Source of the DNA: Alphaproteobacteria bacterium
GTDB taxonomy: Bacteria > Pseudomonadota > Alphaproteobacteria > JAAXGF01
Direction of reading: 5' to 3'
Length of the DNA stretch: 64,000 nt
NCBI GenBank assembly: GCA_963555825.3
Contig: CAUVXB020000002.1
Location: 2,048,001 to 2,112,000, forward strand
Within the stretch, counting starts at the first letter, position 1. Each line of letters begins with the position of its first letter. A program made the translations under genes and the position numbers. A model generated the notes under the pieces. The model saw nothing but the letters and a program-made list of their open reading frames with translations. It was not told the DNA's origin and ran no database searches. Below, one piece after another: positions 32,777 through 43,200 of the stretch.

Positions 32777-33882
32777 CCTTGCCTATCCGGTTTACACCCA
32801 CACCCACTAGGGCTAGAATGGGCGCAAACCGGATATAGGGGAGCGCGCCATGGATGTTCTCGACCGCGCCGATCTCCCATTCCCGCATTCGCTACCCGAG
32901 TTCCAGCGACTTTTCCCCGATGATGCGGCCTGCGCCGCCTACCTGGAGAAAGCCCGCTGGGGAGACGGCTTTGCCTGCCCGCACTGCGGCACGGCGGGAG
33001 AGCCGTTCCACTTTGAAACCCGCCCTGGCGTCCTGCGCTGCCGCAAGTGCCGCCAGAACACCGGGCTGACGGTGGGAACAGTGATGGAGCGTAGCCACAC
33101 TCCGCTGAACGTCTGGTTCTGGGCCGCTTATCTGGTCGCCAGTCAGACGCCCGGCATGTCCGCCGTGCAGTTTCAGCGGCAACTTGGTCTTTCGCGCTAC
33201 GAGACGGCCTTTCAAATTCTCCACAAGCTCCGCTCGGGCATGGTGCGGCCCAACCAAGACAGGATCGGTGGACAGCCAAGAACCATGTTGAGGTGGACGA
33301 AACCTGGGTTGGCGGGCGAACGCGTGGGGAAGGCCGTGGTGTTCACCACAAGGTTCTCGTCTCCTGTGCCATCGAGGTGCGTCATCGAAAGCCGGGCACC
33401 AAGCTCGACAACCGGAAAGACGGACGCTATGCCGGACGCGTTCGGCTCGCCGTCGTGCTCGACCGTAGCGCCGAGTCGCTCTGTGGGTTCGTCGAGAGCA
33501 CCGTCGCGCCGGGATCGCTGATCGTTACTGACGATTGGAGCGGCTATGCTGGCCTCGGTAAGCGCGGCTATGAGCACTTCGCTGTTGCCGAGTGTGGTGA
33601 TCCAGAGGTTGCCGAGCAATACCTGCCGATCATCCATCTGGTTTTCGCCAACCTGAAGACGTGGCTGATCGGTATCCACCACGGCGTTAGCCACCAGCAC
33701 CTACAAGCCTACCTCAACGAGTTCACCTTCCGCTTCAACAGGCGGTTCTACCCGTTCAACGCCTTCCGCTCATTGCTCGGCATCGCGGGCGACACCTCTG
33801 CTCCAACCTATGCCGAGCTTTACTCGGGAGAGTGGCGGCACCCTACATGTAGCGGTCATGGGCGTTAACCGGATAGGCAAGG
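32777..33882 (+). mobile_element. IS1595-family insertion sequence
   Basis: 24-bp TIRs CCTTGCCTATCCGGTTTACACCCA / CCTTGCCTATCCGGTTAACGCCCA (22/24); no matching flanking duplication. Confidence 0.9.
32850..33868 (+). pseudogene. IS1595 transposase, frameshifted near 33278
   Basis: Zn ribbon CPHC..CRKC in ORF 32850..33521; VDETWVGG, TDDW..Y, HGVSHQHLQAYLNEFTFRFN in ORF 33293..33868; one added A would restore GQPKNHVEVDET. Confidence 0.88.
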
Positions 33883-34518
33883 TTTCTTCACAATTATGAT
33901 CAAGATCATTTGTCTGGAATCTTGAACATTCCACCACCTTTGATATTGTTCAGAAATTCGTCGATCAACACCAAAGACGTCATCGAGATAAAAAGGCAAT
34001 CAGACGTTCATGCGCCGACAGACGAACTTGCCCGCGCACTGGAACTTCACGACCTGTACAAGGGACCAGTTAAACCTGAGCAGGCATTTGAAACCATGTT
34101 TCCTGGCGCTAGCGTTTACGCTTACAACAATCTATGGACAAAGAAATTAGGCACGAATAATGCGTCGTTGATCGTATTTCTCGACATTGGCGGTTACAAG
34201 ATTTGTTTGCCCGGCGACCTAGAAGCAGATGGGTGGGAGATGTTGTTGAAAGAAGAAGGTTTCGTCGAACATCTCGAAAGTTCATCGATCCTAATTGCAC
34301 CACATCACGGCCGCTCCAACGGATACTGTGAAAGAGTCATGAAAAATTGTCGGTTTCATTTAGTTATTGTTTCGGACAGCGAGGTAAAATACGCAACTCA
34401 GGAGGACCTAGGAAAATACAGAAAGCATGTTCCAGTTGGTGTTGACCAAGGAGACGGGTCATTTCGATTCATCTATACCACGCGCAATGATGGACACATT
34501 CGACTATCACATGATTAG
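33883..34518 (+). pseudogene. MBL-fold (ComEC/Rec2-like) metallo-hydrolase lacking its N-terminus
   Basis: Frame open from the IS right end: FLHNYDQDHLSG (HxDxDH-like), NNAS, PGDLE, APHHGR, TTRNDG; low GC. Confidence 0.75.
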
Positions 34519-34593
34519 AATCAACATTGGCAACTTGCTACTAATCAAGAAATTGCCAATCTGTAATAGGTCCATTGCGCGCACCGCCATTTC

Positions 34594-35154
34594 TCACCGC
34601 TTCCGCCGCAACAGCACGTAGAGCGCACCCGCGCCGCCGTCCTTGGGTTGGGCGGGCGCGATGGCGAGGACGCGGGCGCGGTTGGCCGGCGCATTCAGCC
34701 AGCGCGGCGCCATGACGCGCAAGACGCCGCCGTTTTCACTCACCCGGCCCTTGCCGGTGATCACCAGGATGCAGCGCCGCGTGACGCCTTGCGCGCGCTC
34801 GAGATAGGCGGTCAGCGCGCCGTGCGCCTCGGCCTGCGTCATGCCGTGCAGGTCGAGGCGGCCGTCGATGGTGAGCTGGCCGCGCTTGAGCCGTTGCGCG
34901 GTGCGCTTGTCGAGTCCGGCGGGGGCGCCCGGCGCGAGCGGCGGCAGTTCGGCCCGCTTGGCTGGCGGCGGCGGCGCGGCCGGTTGCGGCTTCGCGATGG
35001 GCTTCTTCTCGGCCGGCTTCGCGGCCTTCTTCGGCGCGGGCGGCGGCGGCTTGGCCGGCGGCTGCCGCCGGCCCTGGAGCGGCGCGACGTCGCGCGTGAC
35101 GTGGTCCCACAGACCGGCGTCGTCGCCGCCGGACGGCGCCTTAGGGCGCGCCAT
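34594..35154 (-). CDS. Smr/MutS2 domain protein
   Basis: IDGRLDLHGMT, LVITGKG, DGGAGALYVLLR. Confidence 0.93.
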   Translation of the reverse strand: MARPKAPSGGDDAGLWDHVTRDVAPLQGRRQPPAKPPPPAPKKAAKPAEKKPIAKPQPAAPPPPAKRAELPPLAPGAPAGLDKRTAQRLKRGQLTIDGRLDLHGMTQAEAHGALTAYLERAQGVTRRCILVITGKGRVSENGGVLRVMAPRWLNAPANRARVLAIAPAQPKDGGAGALYVLLRRKR

Positions 35155-35815
35155 CTTCGTCGATCAGCACGATATGCAGGCGCCGCGGCCCGTGGGCGCC
35201 GAGCTGCATGGTCTGTTCGATGTCGCCGGTGCGCGACGGGCCGGTGATGAACACGACGGTGCGCGGCGTGCCGCGGCCGGCGGCACGCAGCCGCGCCCAG
35301 CCGTCCTCGTAGCTGCCGACCACCTGGTCGCGGCGCAGCACCACGACATGGGTCTCGGGCAGACAATCGAGCGTCGTCGGGTGGTCGGGGCCCGAGGCGA
35401 TCATCAGCGTGCCGGTCTCGGCCACCGCGGCGAACGTCCCGGTGACCGCCACCGCGTCGCTTCCGCCGGTCGCGCCGCAGCGCAGCTCGAGCACGGTGTC
35501 GTGCCAGGGCAGGGCGTCGAGCGCCGGGTCGGGCGCCATCACCGCGCGCGCCGGCAGGTTGTGCGACGCGAGATACGCGGCGACCGCGGCCGGCGCGTCG
35601 GCGGCGCTCGCGACGCGGGTGACGGTGGCGGCCGCCGCCTCGGCCTGCTTGATGAACAGTTTGATCTGCTTGCCGTGGCGCAGCTGGGCGCGCGCCGGGA
35701 TCAGGTTCGGCCGAGGATCGGCGAGGCGCGCCTGCGCCGCCGCGACGTCGCGCTCGGCGCCGCCCTCGATCGCGGCGCGGATCGCGCCCAGCACCTGTTC
35801 GCGCGCGGCGCTCAT
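35141..35815 (-). CDS. lutC: Lactate utilization protein C (LutC/LldG)
   Basis: AETGT, LPETHVV, FITGPSRTGDIEQ..GAHGP. Confidence 0.9.
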   Translation of the reverse strand: MSAAREQVLGAIRAAIEGGAERDVAAAQARLADPRPNLIPARAQLRHGKQIKLFIKQAEAAAATVTRVASAADAPAAVAAYLASHNLPARAVMAPDPALDALPWHDTVLELRCGATGGSDAVAVTGTFAAVAETGTLMIASGPDHPTTLDCLPETHVVVLRRDQVVGSYEDGWARLRAAGRGTPRTVVFITGPSRTGDIEQTMQLGAHGPRRLHIVLIDEDGAP

Positions 35816-37236
35816 CGCCCGGTCCCGCGGCGCGCCGCCCAGAGCGCGTGGAAGGTCGGCCCCTCGGGCGCCGGGAAGTCGCGCCCGGCGGTCCAGCCGG
35901 CGGCGCCGGGCAGCGAGCGGAAGCGGCCCGAACGCCGGCCGAGCGCACCGAGCATCAGCATCGCCCCGCGCGTCGCCGCGCGATACAGCGCCGGACGCCG
36001 CGCGACCCAGGCCCACAGCGCGAGGCCGGCGCGCCAGCGCGGCGGCGACAGCCGGGCCTCGAACTCGCGCTCGCGCCAGTGGCGCATCATGCGCGGCAGC
36101 GGGATGCGCATCGGACAGACTTCCTCGCATTTGCCGCAAAACGTCGAGGCGTTGGGCAGGTGGCCGGCCGCCTCGATGCCGATCAGCTTGGGCGTCAGGA
36201 CCGCGCCCATCGGGCCCGAATAGACCCAGCCATAGGCGTGGCCGCCGATCGAGGCGTAGACCGGGCAGTGATTCAGGCAGGCGCCGCAGCGGATGCAGCG
36301 CAGCATGTCCTGGAACTCGGTGCCGAGCATGCCCGAGCGGCCGTTGTCGAGCAGCACGACGTGATAGGCCTCGGGCCCGTCGAGGTCGTCCGGCCGCCGC
36401 GGCCCATTGGCGAAGGTGGTGTAGGCCGAGAATTCTTGGCCGGTCGCCGAGCGCGCCAGCACGCGCAGGATCGTCGTCGCGTCCTCGAGCGTCGGCACGA
36501 CCTTCTCGATGCTGGCGATGACGATGTGGGTCTTGGGCAGGATCTGGGTCAGCTCGGCGTTGCCCTCGTTGGTCACGGTGACCGACGAGCCGGTCTCGGC
36601 GATCAGGAAGTTGGCGCCGGTGATGCCGACGTCGGCGTCGAGGTACTTCTGGCGCAGCACCTGACGCGCCTCGTCGACCAGCGCGCGCGGCTCGTCGTGG
36701 CGCTTGTCGAAGCCGAGCGCGGCATGATGTTCGGCGAACAGGTCGGCGATCTGGTCCTTGGTCTTGTGCACCGCCGGCGCGATGATGTGGCTCGGCGGCT
36801 CGCCGGCGAGCTGGATGATGTACTCGCCCAGGTCGGTCTCGACCGGCTCGATGCCGTTGGCCTCGAGATGCGCGTTGAGCGCGATCTCCTCGGCGATCAT
36901 CGACTTCGACTTGGTGACGCTGCTGGCGCCGGCGTCGCGGCACAGCTCGAGGATGACGTCGCGCGCATCGGCGGCATCGGCGCACCAATGCACCGTGCCG
37001 CCGCTCTCGACGACCTTGGCCTCGTAGCGCTCGAGATAGACGTCGAGATGGGCCAGCGTGTGGTTCTTGATGTCGACGGCGGCGTCGCGCAGCGCCTCGA
37101 ACTCGGGCAGGCGAAGCGCCGCCTCGGTGCGCCGCTCGATGAAGCCCGAGCGCATGCGCTTCAGCGCTTGCTGCAGATCGGCGTCGGCCAGCGCACGCTT
37201 GGCGTTGGCTGTGAAATCCGCGCTGGTCGACTCCAT
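35812..37236 (-). CDS. lutB: Lactate utilization Fe-S protein B (LutB/LldF)
   Basis: KSKSM, ETDLGEYIIQL, NEGN, CIRCGACLNHCPVY, CGKCEEVCP. Confidence 0.95.
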   Translation of the reverse strand: MESTSADFTANAKRALADADLQQALKRMRSGFIERRTEAALRLPEFEALRDAAVDIKNHTLAHLDVYLERYEAKVVESGGTVHWCADAADARDVILELCRDAGASSVTKSKSMIAEEIALNAHLEANGIEPVETDLGEYIIQLAGEPPSHIIAPAVHKTKDQIADLFAEHHAALGFDKRHDEPRALVDEARQVLRQKYLDADVGITGANFLIAETGSSVTVTNEGNAELTQILPKTHIVIASIEKVVPTLEDATTILRVLARSATGQEFSAYTTFANGPRRPDDLDGPEAYHVVLLDNGRSGMLGTEFQDMLRCIRCGACLNHCPVYASIGGHAYGWVYSGPMGAVLTPKLIGIEAAGHLPNASTFCGKCEEVCPMRIPLPRMMRHWREREFEARLSPPRWRAGLALWAWVARRPALYRAATRGAMLMLGALGRRSGRFRSLPGAAGWTAGRDFPAPEGPTFHALWAARRGTGR

Positions 37237-37239
37237 CGC

Positions 37240-38013
37240 CTAGTCGTCCGGCCCGTCGCCGATCGCCGGCGCGCCGGTCATGCCGGCGAGCACCTCGGCG
37301 ACGTGGCGCACGCGCACATCGCTGCCCTCGCGCTTGAGCCGGCCGGCCATGTTCATCAGGCAGCCCATGTCGCCGGCGAGCAGCGTATCGGCGCCCGAGG
37401 CGGCGATATCGGCGGTCTTCTCGGAGACCATCCGGACCGAGATGTCGGCGTATTTTATGCAGAAGGTGCCGCCGAAGCCGCAGCACACCTCGGGCCGTGC
37501 CAGCTCGACGACCGAGAGCCCCGCGACGCGGCCGAGCAACGCGCGCGGTTGGCGTTTTATGCCGAGCTCGCGCAGCCCCGAGCAGGCGTCGTGATAGGCG
37601 GCGACGCCGTCGTAGCGCGTGCCGGGATCGCGCACCCGCGCGACGTCGTAGAGGAACGCGACCAGTTCGTGGACCTTCTCGGCGAAGGCCTTGGCCCTCG
37701 GCGCCATCTCGGCGTCGCCCTCGAACAGCGCCGGGTAGTGATGGCTGAGCATGCCGGCGCAGGAGCCCGACGGCGCGACCACGTAATCGTAGCCGTCGAA
37801 GACGTCGATCACCTGGCGCGCGATGGCGCGCGCGCTGCCCCGGTCGCCCGCGTTGTAGGCCGGCTGGCCGCAGCAGGTCTGCAACGCCGGCGCCTCGACG
37901 GCATAGCCGGCGTCCTCGATCAGCTTGACCGCGGCGAAACCGACCGATGGCCGGAACAGATCGACCAGGCAGGTGACGAACAGCGCGACGCGCTTTTGAT
38001 CGGGTGATGTCAT
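37240..38013 (-). CDS. lutA: Lactate utilization protein A (LutA/LldE)
   Basis: LFVTCLVD, QTCCGQPAYN, SGSC, YHDACS, CCGFGGTF. Confidence 0.93.
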   Translation of the reverse strand: MTSPDQKRVALFVTCLVDLFRPSVGFAAVKLIEDAGYAVEAPALQTCCGQPAYNAGDRGSARAIARQVIDVFDGYDYVVAPSGSCAGMLSHHYPALFEGDAEMAPRAKAFAEKVHELVAFLYDVARVRDPGTRYDGVAAYHDACSGLRELGIKRQPRALLGRVAGLSVVELARPEVCCGFGGTFCIKYADISVRMVSEKTADIAASGADTLLAGDMGCLMNMAGRLKREGSDVRVRHVAEVLAGMTGAPAIGDGPDD

Positions 38014-38187
38014 GGCGGCGTAAGAATGGGAGAGCCGGCCCGCCAAGGCAAGCGCGGGATGGCCGCGGGCGAGCTTGCCGAGGAATATGGCGGCGTGCCC
38101 GGCACAAGCGAGATCAAAACAGCACTGATGACGGAACACGAAGGGCCGATTATCTTGACGACGCCGACAAACTGAGTCGATCGGCTG

Positions 38188-38358
38188 AATGTCTCGTTAC
38201 GGCTACTCCCGGACATTGGGCGGTTGACGCTGCGAGGTCTGCTACCCGCTCGAAATCCGACGTGCATGTCGTGAATTGTGCACGCTGCTCACTTTAGGTC
38301 CGGTTACCGCTCCGAAGCGGACGCTGTGCGCCCAAGTCGCCGACGTCTGCTCCCGACC
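38188..38358. repeat. Cluster of degenerate REP-like hairpins at the island left edge (IS1182 target)
   Basis: TGTCTCGTTACGGCTACTCCCGGACATTGGGCG and GTCCGGTTACCGCTCCGAAGCGGAC; resembles 51655-51725. Confidence 0.55.
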
Positions 38359-40042
38359 CAGACTGTGTAAAAACGTCGATGGTGTTATGATTCTCTCGTG
38401 CTTTGGCGGGAGGGTCTGATGAAGCGTTTTGTCGAGGGTGTCGATCGCAGCCAGGGCACGTTGTTTCCGGAGCGCCTGGAAGACTGGATCGGCGACGACA
38501 ACCCGGTTCGGGCGATCGACGTCTTCGTCGATGAGCTCGATCTTGGCGGCCTCGGGTTCGACCGGGTCGAGCCGCTGGCGACCGGCAGGCCGGCCTATCA
38601 TCCTTGCGATTTGTTGAAGCTCTACATCTACGGCTATCTCAACCGGGTTCAGTCGAGCCGTCGGCTCGAGAGGGAGGCCGGGCGCAATGTGGAAGTGATG
38701 TGGCTGGTCGGCCGGCTGGCGCCGGATCACAAGACGATCGCCGACTTCCGCAAGGACAACGGCCGTGCGATCCGCAAGGTCTGCGCCCGGTTCGTCGCGC
38801 TGTGCCGGCAACTCGGGCTGTTCGCCGAGGCGAGCGTGGCGATCGATGGCTCGAAGTTCAAGGCGGTCAACAGCCGGGACAGGAACTTCACGCGGGCCAA
38901 GATGGCGCGGCGGGTGGCGCAGATCGAGGAGAGCGTTGCGCGCTATCTGGACCAGTTGGACAGCGCCGACCGGCAAGAGCCGTCGCTGGCGCGCACGACC
39001 AAGACGACTCGTCTGGCCGACAAGATCGCGATCCTCAAGGAGGAGATGCGGCGCCTGAAGGCGCTTGAAGTCGAGCGGCGTGCGAGCCCGGACCAGCAGA
39101 TCTCTCTGAGCGATCCCGATGCCCGCTCGATGGCGACGAGCGGCCGGAGTTCCGGCGTGGTCGGCTACAACGTTCAGGCCGCCGTCGACACCAAGCACCA
39201 CCTGATCGTCGCCCACGAGGTGACCAATCAGGGCACCGACCGCGCCCAGCTCTCAGCCATGGCGAAGCGGACCAAGGCGGCTCTGGAGACCGACGAGTTG
39301 GATGTCGTTGCCGATCGCGGCTACTACAACGGCAAGGAGATTCTGGCCTGCGATGAGGCCGGCATCACCGTCACATTGCCTAAGCCGCTGACCTCTGGAG
39401 CCAAGGCCAAGGGCCGCTTCGGCAAACAGGACTTCGTCTATCTGGCCGCCGACGATGTCTATCGCTGCCCGGCCGGCGAGCGTTTGGTCTACCGCTTCAC
39501 CAGCCAGGAGAGGGGGCTGAGCATGCGGCGCTACTGGACCAACGCCTGTCAGGGATGCGCCATCAAGCATCGCTGCACCACGGCCAAGCAGCGCCGCATC
39601 ACCCGCTGGCAGCACGAGCATGTTCTCGAGGCCGTCGAGAGGCGGCTCGACGAGCACCCGGAGGCGATGCGTCGGCGGCGCGAGACGGCCGAGCATCCCT
39701 TCGGCACCATCAAGTCCTGGATGGGCGCGACGCATTTCCAGACGAAGACGCTGAAACGGGTGAGGACCGAGATGGCCCTGCACGTGCTGGCCTACAATCT
39801 CAAGCGCGTCATGAACATCACGGGCATCGACCCGCTGATCGCGGCGATGAGGACCGCATAGGCCTCTCTGCGCCGCAAATTGCGCCCATATCCGGCCAAA
39901 TCGCAGCTCACACCGGCGCCAGCCGGCCGACAGGTCCGCACGAGTGGCGAAAATCCTTAATCCCGGAATACCCGCCGCGACGGATCATCGAAGCCAAAGA
40001 CGCGCCGTACAGATCACGCAGCAAACGTTCTTACACAGTCTG
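38359..40042 (+). mobile_element. IS1182-family insertion sequence
   Basis: TIRs CAGACTGTGTAAAAACGT / CAGACTGTGTAAGAACGT; 4-bp GACC duplication (38355-38358, 40043-40046). Confidence 0.92.
38419..39861 (+). CDS. IS1182 transposase
   Basis: GRPAYHP..LLKLYIYGY, SSRRLERE, PDHKTIADFR, IDGSKFKA, GYNVQ, ADRGY, EHPFGTIK. Confidence 0.95.
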   Translation: MKRFVEGVDRSQGTLFPERLEDWIGDDNPVRAIDVFVDELDLGGLGFDRVEPLATGRPAYHPCDLLKLYIYGYLNRVQSSRRLEREAGRNVEVMWLVGRLAPDHKTIADFRKDNGRAIRKVCARFVALCRQLGLFAEASVAIDGSKFKAVNSRDRNFTRAKMARRVAQIEESVARYLDQLDSADRQEPSLARTTKTTRLADKIAILKEEMRRLKALEVERRASPDQQISLSDPDARSMATSGRSSGVVGYNVQAAVDTKHHLIVAHEVTNQGTDRAQLSAMAKRTKAALETDELDVVADRGYYNGKEILACDEAGITVTLPKPLTSGAKAKGRFGKQDFVYLAADDVYRCPAGERLVYRFTSQERGLSMRRYWTNACQGCAIKHRCTTAKQRRITRWQHEHVLEAVERRLDEHPEAMRRRRETAEHPFGTIKSWMGATHFQTKTLKRVRTEMALHVLAYNLKRVMNITGIDPLIAAMRTA

Positions 40043-40290
40043 GACCCGAAGCTCGATTCACTGGCACCACAAGCCATCCCGCTCAGACGGGCAGAGTCGG
40101 CCTGCGCTATGGATAGACAGTATGCGATTCGCCTTCCCAACAACGGGGCGCCTCAGTTGAAAATCGCACATCCGCTTTTGCGACCCGTTGGTCGTCCAAT
40201 GCCGACATCGAAAACGGTCTCGGCCCGTGATACTCTTCGGGACAATCAGAGGCGTTATCGGGGAATCTCGAAGCAAGTGCCTGAGCAGGG

Positions 40291-43200
40291 GTGGGCCAAA
40301 TATTGACAGATATTGTTCTCGAAGTTATCCGCGCCAGCATCGTACTTGGCATTTTCATGTTTGTCTTGGTCGTCGGACGGGGCCGTTTCAAATTGGCCCA
40401 TCATGGCTGGCGATTGATTGTTGGTGGATTCGGGCTCCTGCTATTTGGCAGCGTTCTCGATATCACGGACAATTTCGACAGTCTCAATCGATTCGTCGTC
40501 ATCGGCGATACCGAAGTGCAAGCATTCCTTGAGAAGTTCGTCGGCTACCTGGGAGGGTATGCCTTATTGGCAATCGGATTGCTGCGATGGATTCCGACCA
40601 TCGAGGACCTTTCCGAGCGCAAACGGGTCGAGGAGGCGTTGCGGGGGAGAGAAGCGCAAATGCGCCTCGTGACGGACGCGTTGCCCGCGCTCATCGCGTA
40701 TTTTGATACAGAGCAGCGTCTGCAGTTCGTCAACAAGACTTTCGAGAGTTGGTATGAGGCCCCGCGCGACGAGATCGTCGGTAGAAAAATCAGGGACGTC
40801 ATGGCGGAATACATCGCCGAGGCCGACTACGAAAGATTCAGGCCCCACGTGGAAACGGCGCTGACAGGCGAAGACGTTAGCTTCGAGGAATTTGTGACGT
40901 ATCCGGACGGCAAGACTCGCTACGTCTGGGTTACCTACGTTCCCGAATTCGGATCAGGCGGCTCGATCGAAGGCGCATTCGCTTTCATCCAGGACATCAC
41001 CGAGCGCAAGCGCATGGAGGATGCTGTGCGCGAGTCCGAGGCAAGGCTCGGCGCAATCATCGACAACGCACCCAATGCAATTTCGCTCAAGGACAGGCGC
41101 GGGCACTATCTCCTGATCAACCGCGTGTTCGAGGACATGCTCGACACGACCAGCGAAGCGGTCAGAGGGAAGACGTCCAGCGATATATTCCCGAGGGAAT
41201 TCGCGGAATCCGGAGTGGTGCATGATCGGGGTGTCGTCGAAAAGGGGCGCGCCATCGAACGCGAGGAAGAGCTCGTTCTCGGCGACCATGTTTACACGTA
41301 CCTGACGACCAAGTTTCCGATCCGGGACGCGTCAGGCGACATCGTGTCGATCGGCGCAATCCATACCGACATCACCGAACGCAAGCGCTCGGAGGATGCG
41401 TTACGAGAGAGCGAGGCGAGGCTAAGGGATGCCACGCATCTCGCCAATTTGGGGCAGTTCGTGTGGGATGACGTGGCGGAGAAATGCATCTACTGCGACG
41501 AGGAGTACGCCCGTATCTATGGCGTTTCGGTGGCCGAATATCTCTCGACGTACGCCACTTACGAGTCAGATCTCGATTGGGTGCATGCCGAAGATCGCGA
41601 GCGATACCGCGACGTCGTCTTTACCGAAGCGAGCAAACACCGTGGCGCCATCGACATCGAATACCGCATCATTAGACGAGACGGAGAAACGCGTTATATC
41701 CACGAGCGGGGAACGCCTGTTTTGGATGGAGACGGGGCGCTGATCCGTACCATCGGAACAATCCAGGACATCACCGAACGCAAGCGGACTGAGGAGAGGA
41801 TGCGGGAAATTGAGGCGCGGTACCGGACCTTGGCCAATTTGTCGCCCGTGGGGATATTCCACACCGATGCACAGGGACTCGTCACCTACGTTAATGAAAG
41901 ATGGTGCGAAATCGGGGGCATGACCACCGAGCAAGCCATGGGCGCCGGCTGGATCGCGTCGGTTCATCCGGCAGATCGCGAACGGATCGACGCGGAATGG
42001 GATGAGGCGGTAAAGAACGAGCGCATGTACAGTCTGGAGTACCGCTATATGCACCGGGAGGGGTTGGTTACCTGGTGTTACGTTCAGGCGGTGGCGGAGA
42101 CTGACGCGGATGGGAAGCTAGCCGGACACGTCGGCTGCGTCACCGACATCACCGAGCGCAAGCGCGCCGAGGAGGCGCTGCGTCAGGCTCACGACGAGTT
42201 GGAGCTGCGGGTCGAAGAAAGAACCAGCGAACTCAGGGCTGTCAACGCGCAATTGCTGGAAGAGGTCACAGAGCGCAAGCAGGCCGAGGCGACGCTCAAG
42301 GAAAGTGAGAAAAAACTCCGCGAAATCCTCGAGAACAGCCCAGTTGGCGTTGCTGTGGTCTCCCATGCCAAGGATGACGCCCGGGTAACCGGCAAGCGGT
42401 TGTTTATCAACAGCGCGCTTGTCCAGATGTTCGGCGGCGCGTCCGGAGAGGACCTAATCGAAGCAGAAATTTCGGATAGTTGGGTCTATCTCGATCAGCT
42501 CCAAGCGATCGAGGAGATCATGACGAGCCGTGACGAACTGGTCGACTTCGAGGCCGAGCGGCGTCGCCTGGACGGGACCGAGTGGTGGGTTTCAATGAAC
42601 TCGCGCCCAATCCAGTTCGAGGGCCAGGACTGCACCATGGTCTGGCATTTCGACATCACAGAGCGCAAGCGGGCCGAGGAGGCGCTGCGCCGGGCTCGTG
42701 ACGATCTGGAACTGCGGGTCGAGGAAAGAACCGCAGATCTGCGAACGACCAACCGGGTCCTGCTGGACGAAATCGCCGAGCGCAAGCGGGCGGAACAGGC
42801 GCTTCAGGAAAGCGAGGCGCGGTACCGAGCGATATTCGAACAATCACCCATCGGCATCTGGGTCGACGACTGGTCGATGGTGAAGAAAATGATCGACGGG
42901 CTTGCCCGACGCGGGGTCAAGGACTGGCGCGGTTATTTCCACCGGCGCCCGGAGCAGTTGGCGAAAGCCTACGATCTGGGCCACCCGACTGAGATTAGCC
43001 AGGCAATTCTTGAAATCTACCGCGCACCGACGAAACAAGCTGTCATCGATGCCACTGTAAGCGAGACGGCGACGCCTGAAATGCTTGAAGGATTTCTTGC
43101 CGGTCTGATCGCATTCATTGAGGGAAAGACGAGCCACACGCACGAAGCGACGGACATCGCGAACGACGGTTCCAAGATCTTGGTGCGCAACTCGGCTGTG

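Noticed and set aside
35141-38107. 988-aa minus-strand ORF
   Set aside because: Only the last 224 codons are LutC; the rest is an Arg/Ala-rich off-frame shadow of lutA/lutB
42140-42800. Repeated ITERKRAEEALR..ELRVEERT segments in the kinase
   Set aside because: Ordinary PAC/S-helix linker repeats of multi-PAS kinases
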